A DNA stretch of 32,000 bases. Source: Edaphobacter aggregans. GTDB lineage: Bacteria; Acidobacteriota; Terriglobia; Terriglobales; Acidobacteriaceae. The notes beneath the pieces were generated by a model. That model had not been told where the DNA came from and did no database searches. It worked only from the letters and a program-made list of their open reading frames with translations. The DNA is taken from the NCBI RefSeq assembly GCF_003945235.1, contig NZ_RSDW01000001.1, forward strand, positions 1 to 32,000, given 5' to 3'. Shown here in pieces: positions 1-9,316 of the stretch (position 1 is the stretch's first letter; the number at the start of each line of letters is the position of its first letter). Made by a program: the position numbers and the translations under genes.

Positions 1-2
1 TG

Positions 3-425
3 TTGCCGGGAGTGCTCGCGGTTGGGCTGCCGGTGGCCGTGGGGCTGATCTTCCGGCACTTTAGCGCGAGTTATCAGGCGAACTCGGCGATCTATGCACC
101 AGGTACTGTACTGCCTGTGCCTGCGATTGCCGGGGTTCCGGTGAATCTGGCTGGCGCTGAGGCTGTGGCTGGGTTGCTAATGGTCGGGACGATTGCCGGT
201 GTTCTGCTGGCCATGCTGATGAATAACGGCGGCGGGGCCTGGGACAATGCAAAGAAGTTCATTGAGACCGGGCAGTATGGCGGAAAGAAGAGTGAGGCGC
301 ACAAGGCGGCTGTCGTTGGCGATACGGTCGGCGATCCATTCAAGGACACGGCTGGACCTAGCTTGCATGTGCTGATCAAACTGCTGGCTACGATTACTCT
401 GGTGTTGGCTCCGCTGTTTGTGTAG
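3..425 (+). CDS. hppA: Membrane H+/Na+-translocating pyrophosphatase, C-terminal fragment (5' end outside the window)
   Basis: The ORF is open to the window edge. It carries conserved C-terminal PPase motifs ([35 protein letters not shown]) and a hydrophobic TM tail. A terminator follows. Confidence 0.9.
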   Translation: MPGVLAVGLPVAVGLIFRHFSASYQANSAIYAPGTVLPVPAIAGVPVNLAGAEAVAGLLMVGTIAGVLLAMLMNNGGGAWDNAKKFIETGQYGGKKSEAHKAAVVGDTVGDPFKDTAGPSLHVLIKLLATITLVLAPLFV

Positions 426-444
426 GTAATTTCGTTGGATTGGG

Positions 445-477
445 TGGGCGGCCTTTTGGGTCGCCCATTCATTTTTT
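445..477 (+). terminator. Rho-independent terminator after hppA
   Basis: TGGGCGGCC / GGGTCGCCCA forms a 9-bp stem (one G.U pair) with a 5-nt loop, followed by TTCATTTTTT, 20 nt after the stop codon. Confidence 0.6.
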
Positions 478-602
478 AGGAAGTGAGTGGTGGTCTGACT
501 TGTTAGTGGAAATCTGGGCTTGTTGTGCGGGGAGTCAAGCTGGCTATATTCCCGGTACAATCTTGTTCGGCGGCATGCGTTTGAGCTGCTGAGGGTAGGT
601 GC

Positions 603-2789
603 ATGGCTCGACAGTCGGGATCTGGTGTAGCAGAGAGAAAAAAGACGGCGACCGCGGTTGCGGGAACATCGCTGACACGCGAGCAGCTGGTGGAGTTCTA
701 CCGGCTGATGTACCTGTCGCGGCGGACGGATGATCGCGAGATCGTGCTGAAGCGGCAGCAGAAGATTTTTTTTCAGATATCGTGTGCGGGGCATGAGGCG
801 TTGCTGGTGGCGGCTGGCATGGCGATGCGGCCGGGATATGACTGGTTCTTTCCGTATTATCGTGACCGGGCGATCTGCCTTGCATTGGGGAATACGGTTG
901 AGGAGCAGTTGCTGCAGGCTGTGGGGGCGGCGGATGATCCGGCTAGTGGTGGGAGGCAGATGCCTTCGCACTGGTCGAGCCGGAAGTTGAATATTGTGAG
1001 TCCTTCTTCTTCTACGGCGACGCAGTGTCTGCATGCTGTGGGGTGCGCGGAGGCGGGGAGGTACTTCTCGCGGCATCCGGAGGCGGCGGCGAAGCATGAC
1101 GGTGATTATCGTGAGTTCAAGGATGTGAAGTTTCAGGGCGACGAGGTTGTTTACGTCTCGATCGGCGAGGGATCGACCAGCCAGGGAGAGTTCTGGGAGT
1201 CGCTGAACACGGCGTCGAACGAGAAGCTGCCTGTGCTGTATGTCGTCGAAGATAATGGGTATGCGATCTCTACTCCTGTCGAGGCGAATACTCCCGGTGG
1301 AAATATCTCGCGGCTGGTGGCGAATTTTCCTAACTTCCACTTTGCTGAGATTGATGGCACCGATCCGATTGCGAGCTACGACGCGATGGTGGAGGCAGTG
1401 GCGTATTGCCGCGCTGGGAAGGGGCCAGCACTGGTGCATGGACATGTGATTCGGCCGTATTCGCACTCGTTGAGCGATGATGAGCGGTTGTACCGGTCTG
1501 CTGCGGAGCTAGAGGCGGATGCGCTGCGCGATCCGATCTCGCGGATGCAGATGTGGCTGCTGCGCGAGGGCATTCTGGATGCAGATGCGATCAACCGGCT
1601 GGAGCGGCAGGTGGATGAAGAGGTGCAGAGGGCTGCGGACAGGGCTGTGATGGCTGCGCTGCCGACGGTTGATTCGATCATGCGGCATATGTATTCGGAG
1701 GACTTGAGTCCGATGGATGCGCGGTTTGCGACGGAGCCAGTGGCGACTGCGGATACATCGGAGCGGACAATGGCTGATCTGATCAACTGCTGCCTGAAGG
1801 ATGAGATGCGCCGGGATGAGCGGATCGTCGTGTTTGGCGAGGATGTGGCCGACGCAACTCGTGATGAGGCGCTGCGGGCGGGGAAGATCAAGGGCAAAGG
1901 CGGTGTTTTCAAACTGACGGCTGGATTGCAGACGGAGTTTGGCAGTGACCGCGTGTGGAACTCGCCATTGGCGGAGGCGAATATTGTAGGCCGCGCGATT
2001 GGGATGGCGACTCGTGGGTTGAAGCCAGTAGTGGAGATTCAGTTCTTCGACTACATCTGGCCTGCGATGCACCAGATGCGGAATGAGCTGGCGTTGTTGC
2101 GGTGGCGTTCGAATGGTGGGTTCAGTTGCCCCCTGGTGGTGCGGGTTCCGATCGGTGGCTATTTGACGGGTGGGTCGATCTATCACTCGCAGTCGGGCGA
2201 GAGCATTTTTACGCACACGCCTGGGGTGCGTGTGGTGATGCCGTCGAACGCGCTGGACGCGCTAGGACTGTTGCGGACGGCGATCCGGTGCGATGATCCG
2301 GTGCTATTCCTGGAGCATAAGCGGCTGTATCGCGAGACGTTTGGTCGGGCGGCTTATCCTGGGCCGGAGTATTGCATTCCGTTTGGCAAAGCGAAGATTG
2401 TGCGGCCCGGCAAGGGCCTGACTGTGCTGACTTATGGTGCTGTCGTGCCTCGCGCTTTGCAAGCTGCGCAGAAGATTCACCGCGATAAAGGGGTCGATGT
2501 GGAGTTGATCGACCTGCGGAGCTTGTCGCCGTATGACTGGGAGACGATTGCGGAGTCGGTAAAGAAGACGAGCCGCGTCATTGTTGCCCATGAGGACATG
2601 TTGAGCTGGGGATATGGAGCAGAGATTGCCGCACGGATCGGGGAGGAACTGTTTGAGTATCTCGATGCTCCGGTGCGGCGTGTGGCTTCGATGGATGTGT
2701 TTGTGGCCTATCAGCCTCTACTGGAGGATGTGATTCTGCCGCAGCCTGAGGATCTGTATCGTGCGATGGCGGAGATCGCTGCTTTCTAG
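603..2789 (+). CDS. Fused E1 alpha+beta subunit of a TPP-dependent 2-oxoacid (branched-chain type) dehydrogenase
   Basis: The 728-aa N-half resembles E1-alpha ([42 protein letters not shown]). The C-half resembles E1-beta ([42 protein letters not shown]). A GAGGG-type RBS lies upstream of the ATG. Confidence 0.85.
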   Translation: MARQSGSGVAERKKTATAVAGTSLTREQLVEFYRLMYLSRRTDDREIVLKRQQKIFFQISCAGHEALLVAAGMAMRPGYDWFFPYYRDRAICLALGNTVEEQLLQAVGAADDPASGGRQMPSHWSSRKLNIVSPSSSTATQCLHAVGCAEAGRYFSRHPEAAAKHDGDYREFKDVKFQGDEVVYVSIGEGSTSQGEFWESLNTASNEKLPVLYVVEDNGYAISTPVEANTPGGNISRLVANFPNFHFAEIDGTDPIASYDAMVEAVAYCRAGKGPALVHGHVIRPYSHSLSDDERLYRSAAELEADALRDPISRMQMWLLREGILDADAINRLERQVDEEVQRAADRAVMAALPTVDSIMRHMYSEDLSPMDARFATEPVATADTSERTMADLINCCLKDEMRRDERIVVFGEDVADATRDEALRAGKIKGKGGVFKLTAGLQTEFGSDRVWNSPLAEANIVGRAIGMATRGLKPVVEIQFFDYIWPAMHQMRNELALLRWRSNGGFSCPLVVRVPIGGYLTGGSIYHSQSGESIFTHTPGVRVVMPSNALDALGLLRTAIRCDDPVLFLEHKRLYRETFGRAAYPGPEYCIPFGKAKIVRPGKGLTVLTYGAVVPRALQAAQKIHRDKGVDVELIDLRSLSPYDWETIAESVKKTSRVIVAHEDMLSWGYGAEIAARIGEELFEYLDAPVRRVASMDVFVAYQPLLEDVILPQPEDLYRAMAEIAAF

Positions 2790-2897
2790 GTGATGTAAGA
2801 ATACGGCGGCGCGCAACTGCTGGTTCAATTGAGGGTTTCTAATTACGCGGTTGCTGCGAGGGGATAAGGCTTCGCAGCGCGGTTGGAGGAGTTTGCT

Positions 2898-5045
2898 ATG
2901 ACGTTTGCAGGATCTTCTGCCGGACGATGTATGCGGTTGATGAGGGCCGGGGTTGCGGGCGGACTATGTTTGTTGCTTGCGGGACAGCCTCTGGTGGCGG
3001 CTGTCGCGACGAAGAAGACCCCTGTCGCGAAGGAGATTCAGGGCGATGAGCGAGTGCTTCATGCGTTGAATCGATTTACGTTTGGACCGCGGCCGGGCGA
3101 TGTAGCTGCGGTACGGGCGATGGGATTGCAGGAGTGGTTCGAGCGGCAGCTGAATCCTTCGAGCATCGATGACACGGCGCTGGAGAATCGGCTGGGGATG
3201 TTTCCCGCGATGAAGCTGCAGCAGGCTGAGTTGATGCGGCGGTATCCGAGCCCTGTTGTGCTGCGGCAGATGATGCAGACGAATGCGGCGCTGCCTTCCG
3301 ATCCAGTGGAGCATGCGATCTATGCCGACCAGATCGCTCTGTACAAACTGGTACAAGCCAAACAAGCGGCAGCGCAAGCCGATGCTTCGCAGAAGATGGC
3401 AGGTGATGGTGCGGATTCAGCGAGACAGACAGCGCTTCCAGGAGACGGGGTTGATCCGGCTATGCCCGCGATGTCGGCGCACGAGGAACAGTTCTATAAG
3501 GGGCTGGATGCGGTGCGGATCATCAACCTGCCGCCGGATCAACGGGTGCAGCGGATTCTGGCGATGCCGCCTGAGGAGTTGATCGCATTTCGGCAAAGCC
3601 TAAGTGCTGGTGAGCAGGCAGCGGCCGGTGCGGGGTTGAGTGCGGAACAGAAAGAGATAGTGGCGTCGCTCGCGGGCTCGCCACGGATGATTGGTGGTGA
3701 GTTGCTGCAATCGCGGATGATCCGCGACATCTTCAGCGAGCGGCAGCTGGAGGCGGTGATGACCGACTTCTGGCTCAACCACTTCAACATCTACGTGAAG
3801 AAGAATCAGAATGAGCCGTACCTGCTGCCAGCCTACGAACGCGATGTGATACGGGCGAATGCGCTCGGTAAGTTTGAAGATCTTTTGGTGGCGACGGCAA
3901 AAAGTCCGGCGATGCTGATGTATCTGGATAATTGGCAGAGCATTGGGCCAGAGTCGCAGGCGGCAGTGCGGGTGACAAAGCTACAAGAGGCTATGCCGGA
4001 TGCGAAGGTTGTCAAAGCCCTGCCGCAAGGACTTAACGAGAATTACGCGCGCGAGTTGATGGAGTTGCATACGCTTGGAGTCAACGGCGGATATACGCAG
4101 ACCGATGTGACACAGGTGGCCAAGGTGTTTACGGGCTGGACGATCGAGCAGCCCTATCGCGGCGCAGAGTACAAATTTGAGGCTCGGCGGCATGAGCCGG
4201 AGGCGAAGACTGTGTTGGGGGCTTCGATACCCGAGGGTGGTGAAGCTGAGGGGCTCCAGGTGCTGCATATGCTGGCGAGTAGTCCCGCGACAGCACGGTT
4301 CATTTCGAACAAGTTGGCGGTACGGTTCGTGAGCGATACTCCTCCACCAGCGCTGGTCGACAGGATGGCTAAGGGGTTTCTGGCGAGTGATGGCGACATC
4401 AAGACGGTGCTACGGACGATGTTCGAGTCGCCGGAGTTCTGGTCGCCTGAAGCTTATCGCGCGAAGGTGAAGACACCGCTTGAGTTTGTCGTGTCGGCGG
4501 TGCGTGCTAGTGACGCGGGTGTCAACAACGCGCAGCCTCTGGTTGGGGCGTTGGATAAGCTCGGGATGCCTCTCTATGGTATGCAGACGCCGAATGGGTA
4601 TAGCTGGGTTGCGGAGCCCTGGGTTAGTACGAGTGCCCTGGTGAGTCGCATGAACTTCGCGCTGGTACTGAGTAGTAATCGCCTCATGGGGGTAAGGACC
4701 GACTGGACCCGAATGTTTGGGAGGGATGGATCGACCGTGGTGCCGGCGTCGATCACCGAGAGTGACGATGATCCTTTGGTGAAGGCGAAGGAGATGCAGT
4801 TGGAGACGTTTTTGATGGGGCAGCCTGTGAGCGAGAAGACCAGGGCATCTGTGCTTGATCAACTCAGGTCGACGGCCGCGCAGCAGGAAGCAGAGAAGAG
4901 CTTTGGGATAAGGCCTCGCGAGATTGAGCCGATGGCTGCAATTCTGAATGCGGGAGCGCCTGTAGAACCTGGGCCTCCGTTGGATCGTCAGGCGGCAGTG
5001 ATGGCTGGATTATTGCTTGGTTCGCCGGAGTTTCAGCGCCGGTAA
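2898..5045 (+). CDS. DUF1800 family protein with an N-terminal signal peptide
   Basis: DUF1800-type motifs are present (LNRFTFGPRPGD, FWLNHFNIY, ARELMELHTLGV, FTGWT). The ATG at 2898 sits behind GGAGGAG, while the track ORF opens at TTG 2883. The N-terminus is hydrophobic (GLCLLLAGQPLVAAVA). Confidence 0.8.
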   Translation: MTFAGSSAGRCMRLMRAGVAGGLCLLLAGQPLVAAVATKKTPVAKEIQGDERVLHALNRFTFGPRPGDVAAVRAMGLQEWFERQLNPSSIDDTALENRLGMFPAMKLQQAELMRRYPSPVVLRQMMQTNAALPSDPVEHAIYADQIALYKLVQAKQAAAQADASQKMAGDGADSARQTALPGDGVDPAMPAMSAHEEQFYKGLDAVRIINLPPDQRVQRILAMPPEELIAFRQSLSAGEQAAAGAGLSAEQKEIVASLAGSPRMIGGELLQSRMIRDIFSERQLEAVMTDFWLNHFNIYVKKNQNEPYLLPAYERDVIRANALGKFEDLLVATAKSPAMLMYLDNWQSIGPESQAAVRVTKLQEAMPDAKVVKALPQGLNENYARELMELHTLGVNGGYTQTDVTQVAKVFTGWTIEQPYRGAEYKFEARRHEPEAKTVLGASIPEGGEAEGLQVLHMLASSPATARFISNKLAVRFVSDTPPPALVDRMAKGFLASDGDIKTVLRTMFESPEFWSPEAYRAKVKTPLEFVVSAVRASDAGVNNAQPLVGALDKLGMPLYGMQTPNGYSWVAEPWVSTSALVSRMNFALVLSSNRLMGVRTDWTRMFGRDGSTVVPASITESDDDPLVKAKEMQLETFLMGQPVSEKTRASVLDQLRSTAAQQEAEKSFGIRPREIEPMAAILNAGAPVEPGPPLDRQAAVMAGLLLGSPEFQRR

Positions 5046-5158
5046 GTGTGACTGCTTGTGGACTTGAAGGATGCTCGAAACTTCCTGCTCCGATTGGCGT
5101 TAGATCAGAGTAGGCTAGGTTGCGCGAGATGCGCAGGTTTTGGGTGAAGGAGCGCGAG

Positions 5159-6403
5159 ATGGGAATCACGAGACGAGGCTTTATGAAGGGTGGCGCCCTG
5201 GCAGTGGTCGGGACCTCGACGATTCCGAGCTTTCTGACCCGGAGCGTGATGGCGGAGATGACGACCGCTGCGGCGAATAAAAAGAAGTTGGTGGTTCTGT
5301 TTCAGCGGGGCGCTGCGGATGGGTTGAATATTGTGGTTCCGTATCAGGAGAAGAACTATTACTCGATGCGGCCTTCGATTGCGATTCAGAAGAATCAGGT
5401 TCTGGATCTGGATGGCTTTTTTGGGCTGCATCCGTCGATGGCTTCGTTCAAGCCACTGTATGACCAGGGGCATCTTGCCATCATTCATGCAGCCGGATCG
5501 CCTGATATGTCGCGGTCGCACTTCGATGCGCAGGACTACATGGAGAGCGGTACGCCCGGTGTGAAGGTGACTGAGGACGGTTGGCTGAATCGGGCGCTAC
5601 AGGCAGAGATTCTGGTGGGTAAGCCTTCGGCGTTTCGCGCTGTTGCTTTGGGGACGCAGGTTCCTCGGACGTTGCAGGGCAAGGTGCCGGCGATTGCAGT
5701 GAATAATCTGGCGGATTTTTCGGTTGGAGGGCGCGGGCCGCAGACGTCGCCGATCAGCAATGCGTTTCAGGCGATGTATGACGAGAGTTCGGATGCGGTG
5801 CTGCACGGGACCGGGCAGGAGACCTTTGAGGCAGTGAAGATGCTGAAGGCAGCCGATCCGTCGAAATATCAGCCGGCGGCGGGGGTGGATTATCCGAAGA
5901 CACCGTTTGGCAATAGCTTGAGGCAGGTGGCTCAGTTGATGAAGGCGAATCTTGGGGTAGAGGCGGCTTTTTCTGATATTGGTGGCTGGGATACGCACCA
6001 GAACCAAGGGAATACGAATGGGCAGTTGGCGAACCGGTTGAAAGAATTTTCGGACACGGTTGCGGCGTTCTGGATGGATATGGGGGATGAGGCGGAGAAC
6101 ATTACGCTGGTGACGATGTCAGAGTTTGGGCGGACAGCGAGGCAGAATGGGACGGGTGGTACGGATCATGGTCACGCGAATGTGATGTTTGTGCTCGGTG
6201 GCCAGGTGAAGGGTGGGAAGGTATACGGGAAATGGCCCGGGTTGGCGAATGAGCAGCTGAATGAGGGGCGAGATCTGGCGGTGACTACCGATTTCAGGCG
6301 GGTGCTTGGCGAGGCTGCTTATAAGACGTTGGGATCGAAGAACTTGGAGATGGTATTCCCGGGATCGCAGGTCAATCCTGGGCAGTTTTTAAATTTCGTC
6401 TAA
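5159..6403 (+). CDS. DUF1501 family protein (sulfatase/alkaline-phosphatase-like fold), Tat-exported
   Basis: A twin-arginine signal (GITRRGFMKGGALAVVG) follows the ATG at 5159, which sits behind GAAGGAG. DUF1501-type motifs are present (GGWDTHQNQ, MSEFGRT, GGTDHGHAN). It lies directly downstream of DUF1800, which is the usual pairing. Confidence 0.85.
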   Translation: MGITRRGFMKGGALAVVGTSTIPSFLTRSVMAEMTTAAANKKKLVVLFQRGAADGLNIVVPYQEKNYYSMRPSIAIQKNQVLDLDGFFGLHPSMASFKPLYDQGHLAIIHAAGSPDMSRSHFDAQDYMESGTPGVKVTEDGWLNRALQAEILVGKPSAFRAVALGTQVPRTLQGKVPAIAVNNLADFSVGGRGPQTSPISNAFQAMYDESSDAVLHGTGQETFEAVKMLKAADPSKYQPAAGVDYPKTPFGNSLRQVAQLMKANLGVEAAFSDIGGWDTHQNQGNTNGQLANRLKEFSDTVAAFWMDMGDEAENITLVTMSEFGRTARQNGTGGTDHGHANVMFVLGGQVKGGKVYGKWPGLANEQLNEGRDLAVTTDFRRVLGEAAYKTLGSKNLEMVFPGSQVNPGQFLNFV

Positions 6404-6678
6404 GGTTTTGCCATGGACCGCGTTTGTTTGGTGGTTCTGGCTGTGGAAAACTTTCCGTTGCCGGGTGACCAGGTGGGGTAACGAAATAGTAAACCATCAC
6501 GGTTTTCGACAGGCATTTTGACCATTGTGCGCGTCATTCGCAATACGACGAAGGTCTAATACGCGACTCTATTCGAGTTATAAATGGCTGAAAATGTGAT
6601 GGATGACAGGTTTTTACATGCTTTGGCGACTGGTTCGAGCTTGTTCTGTTTTTAGAATATTAAAAATATTGCTTCTAC

Positions 6679-6713
6679 AAAAAAATGTACGAAATCCGTA
6701 CAACTTTTCTTCC
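6679..6713. terminator. Weak bidirectional terminator-like hairpin in the gene-free gap
   Basis: An A7 tract is followed by TGTACG-aaatc-CGTACA (6-bp stem) and then ACTTTTCTT. Read on the minus strand, the hairpin is followed by a U7 run. Confidence 0.35.
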
Positions 6714-6893
6714 AAGGTTGCGTCTTATCGAGTGTAGTAAGCAAGTGCCGGGCTAGCAGTTCCCACGGTTCCGGCTTCCCTTATCCGCAATAGAACTCCC
6801 CACCTTATACGTAAGGCTCCCAGTGTACCGGGAGCCTTCACTCCTTAAGGCTAAAGATTGTGGTTTTCGTGTGGGTGGTTCGGGGGGTTGAGG

Positions 6894-7313
6894 TTAGGCG
6901 AAACCTATTTTTCGGTCGAGGGCGCAGGCACCGGCTCCGTAGAAGAAGAGCATGAGGGCGATTACGAAGAGGGCCAGCGCGTATTCGGAGCCAGAGTAGC
7001 CGTGGTGGCGGGTAACCATGGCGAGCGCTACGAGCATGTTGCAGGCGATCAGGAAGGCGGCGAAGCGGGTGAGTAGGCCGAGGAAAATCAGGATTCCGCC
7101 GATAAACTCTGTCAGTGCAGAGACATAGCCTAGCCAATAGGGCAGGCCGAGGGCGGCTACGTAGTGGCTGTGGTGGTCGAGCGCGGAGAAGGTGTTGCCG
7201 TGGAAGCTGGCGGGAATGACTTTGGAGTAGCCGTGATAGATCATGGCGATGCCTAGGACCAGGCGCAGGAAGAAGGCTCCCCAGGGTTGCAGGTTGTTCA
7301 GGGATTTGGACAT
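6894..7313 (-). CDS. DoxX family membrane protein
   Basis: The 139-aa protein has about 4 TM segments. The N-terminus is DoxX-like (FLRLVLGIAMIYHGYSKV), with LTEFIGGILIFLGLLTRFAA further in. AGGAGC lies 9 nt upstream of the ATG. Confidence 0.8.
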   Translation of the reverse strand: MSKSLNNLQPWGAFFLRLVLGIAMIYHGYSKVIPASFHGNTFSALDHHSHYVAALGLPYWLGYVSALTEFIGGILIFLGLLTRFAAFLIACNMLVALAMVTRHHGYSGSEYALALFVIALMLFFYGAGACALDRKIGFA

Positions 7314-7427
7314 ACGGGGAATGCTCCTAGCTTCGAGGGTATCGTTTGGGGTGGTGGGAGGTAGATTTTTATGTGTACGGGTGCCCTGGTAGGTAAGGGA
7401 CGGAAGGGGGATTTACTTTGGCCAGTT

Positions 7428-8348
7428 TCAGTGGTCAGAAGGTGGAGATAGCTGGTTACTAGACGGCGGTTGCTGGTTGGTTGACGACAGGTATTCGTCG
7501 AGGAAGCGGGTTAGGGCGGGGCCGAAGAAGGCGTCGGTGGGGGAGGAGAGTTCGACGGTGAGCTTGGGGTCGGCTGCGGTGCGGAAGGCCGGGTGTGTGG
7601 AGTTGGTGGTCGAGATGAGGAGCTTGGGGGTATGGAGGCCGGCGAGCAGGTCGGTCAGGGGGAACTGTTCGTGGAAGAGGAGGCGGGTGGGCAGGAGGGC
7701 TGAGCGGGGGTCGTGCAGGGCGTTTTCGAGGAGGTCGGCCTGGGGGGCGTCGAGGATGAGGGCGGGGATGTCGGGGTGGGTGAGGGCGAGGTGTGTGGCG
7801 AGTGAGGCTCCTACGCCGGTGCCGTAGGGAATGATCTGGTGGGCGGGAATCTTGCGGGAGGTTTCGAGGTACTGCCACGCGGAGTCGGCGTCCTGGGTCA
7901 TCTTCTGCTGGCTGGGGTGAGTGTCGGCGCTTTGACCGTAGCCTCGGTAGTCGAAGGCGAAGACGTTGATGCCGAGGTTGTGAAGGGCGGCGAGCGTGGG
8001 GATGGAGTTGGCGACGGAGCCGTCGGCGCCGGGAAGGAAGAGGATGGTGGATTGAGCGTAGCGGGCGTTAGGTGCGGCTGGGATCCACCAGCCGGTGAGC
8101 TGGGGGATTGCGGACTCGTCGAGGCCGAAGTGGACAAGTTGGTAAGGGGCTCCGGCGATGCTCGGGGGAGCGGAGGTTGTCCGGGTGGGGTGGAGGACGA
8201 GTTGCCATTGGCCTCGGTAGAAGAGGAGGTTCAAGGTGAGCCAAGCGCAGATGAGGGCGACGAGGATGGTTACGCCGATGGCTTTGAGGAGCCACAGGGG
8301 GTCGACGGTCTCTGGATGGCGGGATGGTTTTGGGGTGGGGTGAGGCAT
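7428..8348 (-). CDS. Membrane-anchored alpha/beta-hydrolase-fold protein (Bem46/ABHD-like), apparently lacking catalytic residues
   Basis: The 306-aa protein has an N-terminal TM segment (LLKAIGVTILVALICAWLTLNLLF). The fold pattern is hydrolase-like (ILFLPGADG ... FAFDYRGYGQS ... IIPYGTGVGASLA), but GTGVG stands where GxSxG is expected. Confidence 0.7.
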   Translation of the reverse strand: MPHPTPKPSRHPETVDPLWLLKAIGVTILVALICAWLTLNLLFYRGQWQLVLHPTRTTSAPPSIAGAPYQLVHFGLDESAIPQLTGWWIPAAPNARYAQSTILFLPGADGSVANSIPTLAALHNLGINVFAFDYRGYGQSADTHPSQQKMTQDADSAWQYLETSRKIPAHQIIPYGTGVGASLATHLALTHPDIPALILDAPQADLLENALHDPRSALLPTRLLFHEQFPLTDLLAGLHTPKLLISTTNSTHPAFRTAADPKLTVELSSPTDAFFGPALTRFLDEYLSSTNQQPPSSNQLSPPSDH

Positions 8349-8433
8349 GTTCCTATGGGAACTTTAGCATTTGTGCGGGAAGAGATGGCGGATCGTAGAC
8401 AATCGGGTGAACATCTGATCGCTGGAGAGCAAA

Positions 8434-9252
8434 GTGGAAATTTGCGATGACGAGCTTATAAGGTTTGAGGCGGAAGGGGCTGTGCCGCTGCCGGTCTCAA
8501 AGGATCAAGGTTACGTTGAACACGATGGAGCTCGGATCTGGTATGCCAGCTATGGGGATGGCTCGCCTGTGATCCTGCTGCATGGCGGCAACGGCCACAG
8601 CGGCAATTGGGGCTATCAGGTTCCGGCGCTGGTGAACAGCGACTATCGTGCGATTGTGATCGATAGCCGGGGCCACGGACGCAGTACGCGGGATGCGCGA
8701 CCGTATACGTATGAGCTGATGGCGTCCGACGTTGTGGCGGTGATGGATGCGCTGCAGGTTGAAAGGGCGGCAATCGTTGGATGGAGCGACGGTGCGTGTA
8801 TTGCTTTGGTCCTCGCAGACAAGGCTCCTGCACGGGCTGCGGGCGTATTTTTCTTTGCCTGCAACATGGATCCGAGTGGGGTAAAACAATTTGAACCCAG
8901 TCCAATTCTCGACCGGTGTTTCAGCCGACATACGAAGGACTACGCCCAGCTATCGGCCACGCCAGATGAGTTTAAAACGTTCGTCGAAGATGTCGGCTTG
9001 ATGCAGCGAACGCAACCTGATTACTCGGCGAAGGATCTGGCGGAGATTGAAGTACCTGTCTCGATCGTACTGGGCGAATTCGATGAATTCATCAAACGAG
9101 ACCACGCCGAATATCTTGCGCGGAGTATTCCGAATGCGGAGTTTGTCCTTTTGAAAGATGTGAGCCACTTTGCACCGCTGCAGAGGCCTGAGCGATTTAG
9201 CGCCGCTGTGCTGGCGTTTGCCGGGAGGATCCCAGCGTCATCCGAGAGATGA
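8434..9252 (+). CDS. Alpha/beta hydrolase (canonical Ser-Asp-His triad)
   Basis: The 272-aa protein has an HGG oxyanion motif (VILLHGGNGHSGNW), a nucleophile elbow (GWSDGA), an acid residue (GEFDEF) and a histidine (DVSHFAPLQRPE). It starts at a GTG behind GGAGAG. Confidence 0.85.
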   Translation: MEICDDELIRFEAEGAVPLPVSKDQGYVEHDGARIWYASYGDGSPVILLHGGNGHSGNWGYQVPALVNSDYRAIVIDSRGHGRSTRDARPYTYELMASDVVAVMDALQVERAAIVGWSDGACIALVLADKAPARAAGVFFFACNMDPSGVKQFEPSPILDRCFSRHTKDYAQLSATPDEFKTFVEDVGLMQRTQPDYSAKDLAEIEVPVSIVLGEFDEFIKRDHAEYLARSIPNAEFVLLKDVSHFAPLQRPERFSAAVLAFAGRIPASSER

Positions 9253-9316
9253 GTGGTTGGCTTTCCTGGCAACAACGAAGGATTTCGATATTGGTGTGTT
9301 GAGGTGTCGTCGCGAT

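Noticed and set aside
177-1466. A 429-aa ORF on the minus strand, antisense to the E1 dehydrogenase gene.
   Set aside because: Its composition is Arg/Pro/His-rich and low in complexity, with no recognisable motif. It lies entirely antisense to a gene with strong family motifs. This is a typical GC-rich shadow ORF.
2853-2878. The hairpin GCTGCGA-N12-TCGCAGC between the E1 gene and DUF1800, read as a terminator.
   Set aside because: It has no U-tract and a 12-nt loop, and it sits directly against the DUF1800 RBS. It could be a stabilising or processing structure, but the support is too weak to annotate it.
6631-6646. GTTC-gagctt-GTTC direct repeat and a GGTTCGA T-loop-like string in the AT-rich gap.
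   Set aside because: The spacing is N6. The Alphaproteobacteria-type LexA box, which I recall also being reported for Acidobacterium, is GTTC-N7-GTTC. No acceptor or T-stem complementarity flanks GGTTCGA, so it is not a tRNA or tmRNA. I also found no GTTC-N7-GTTC or GAAC-N7-GAAC upstream of recN (30021..30164).
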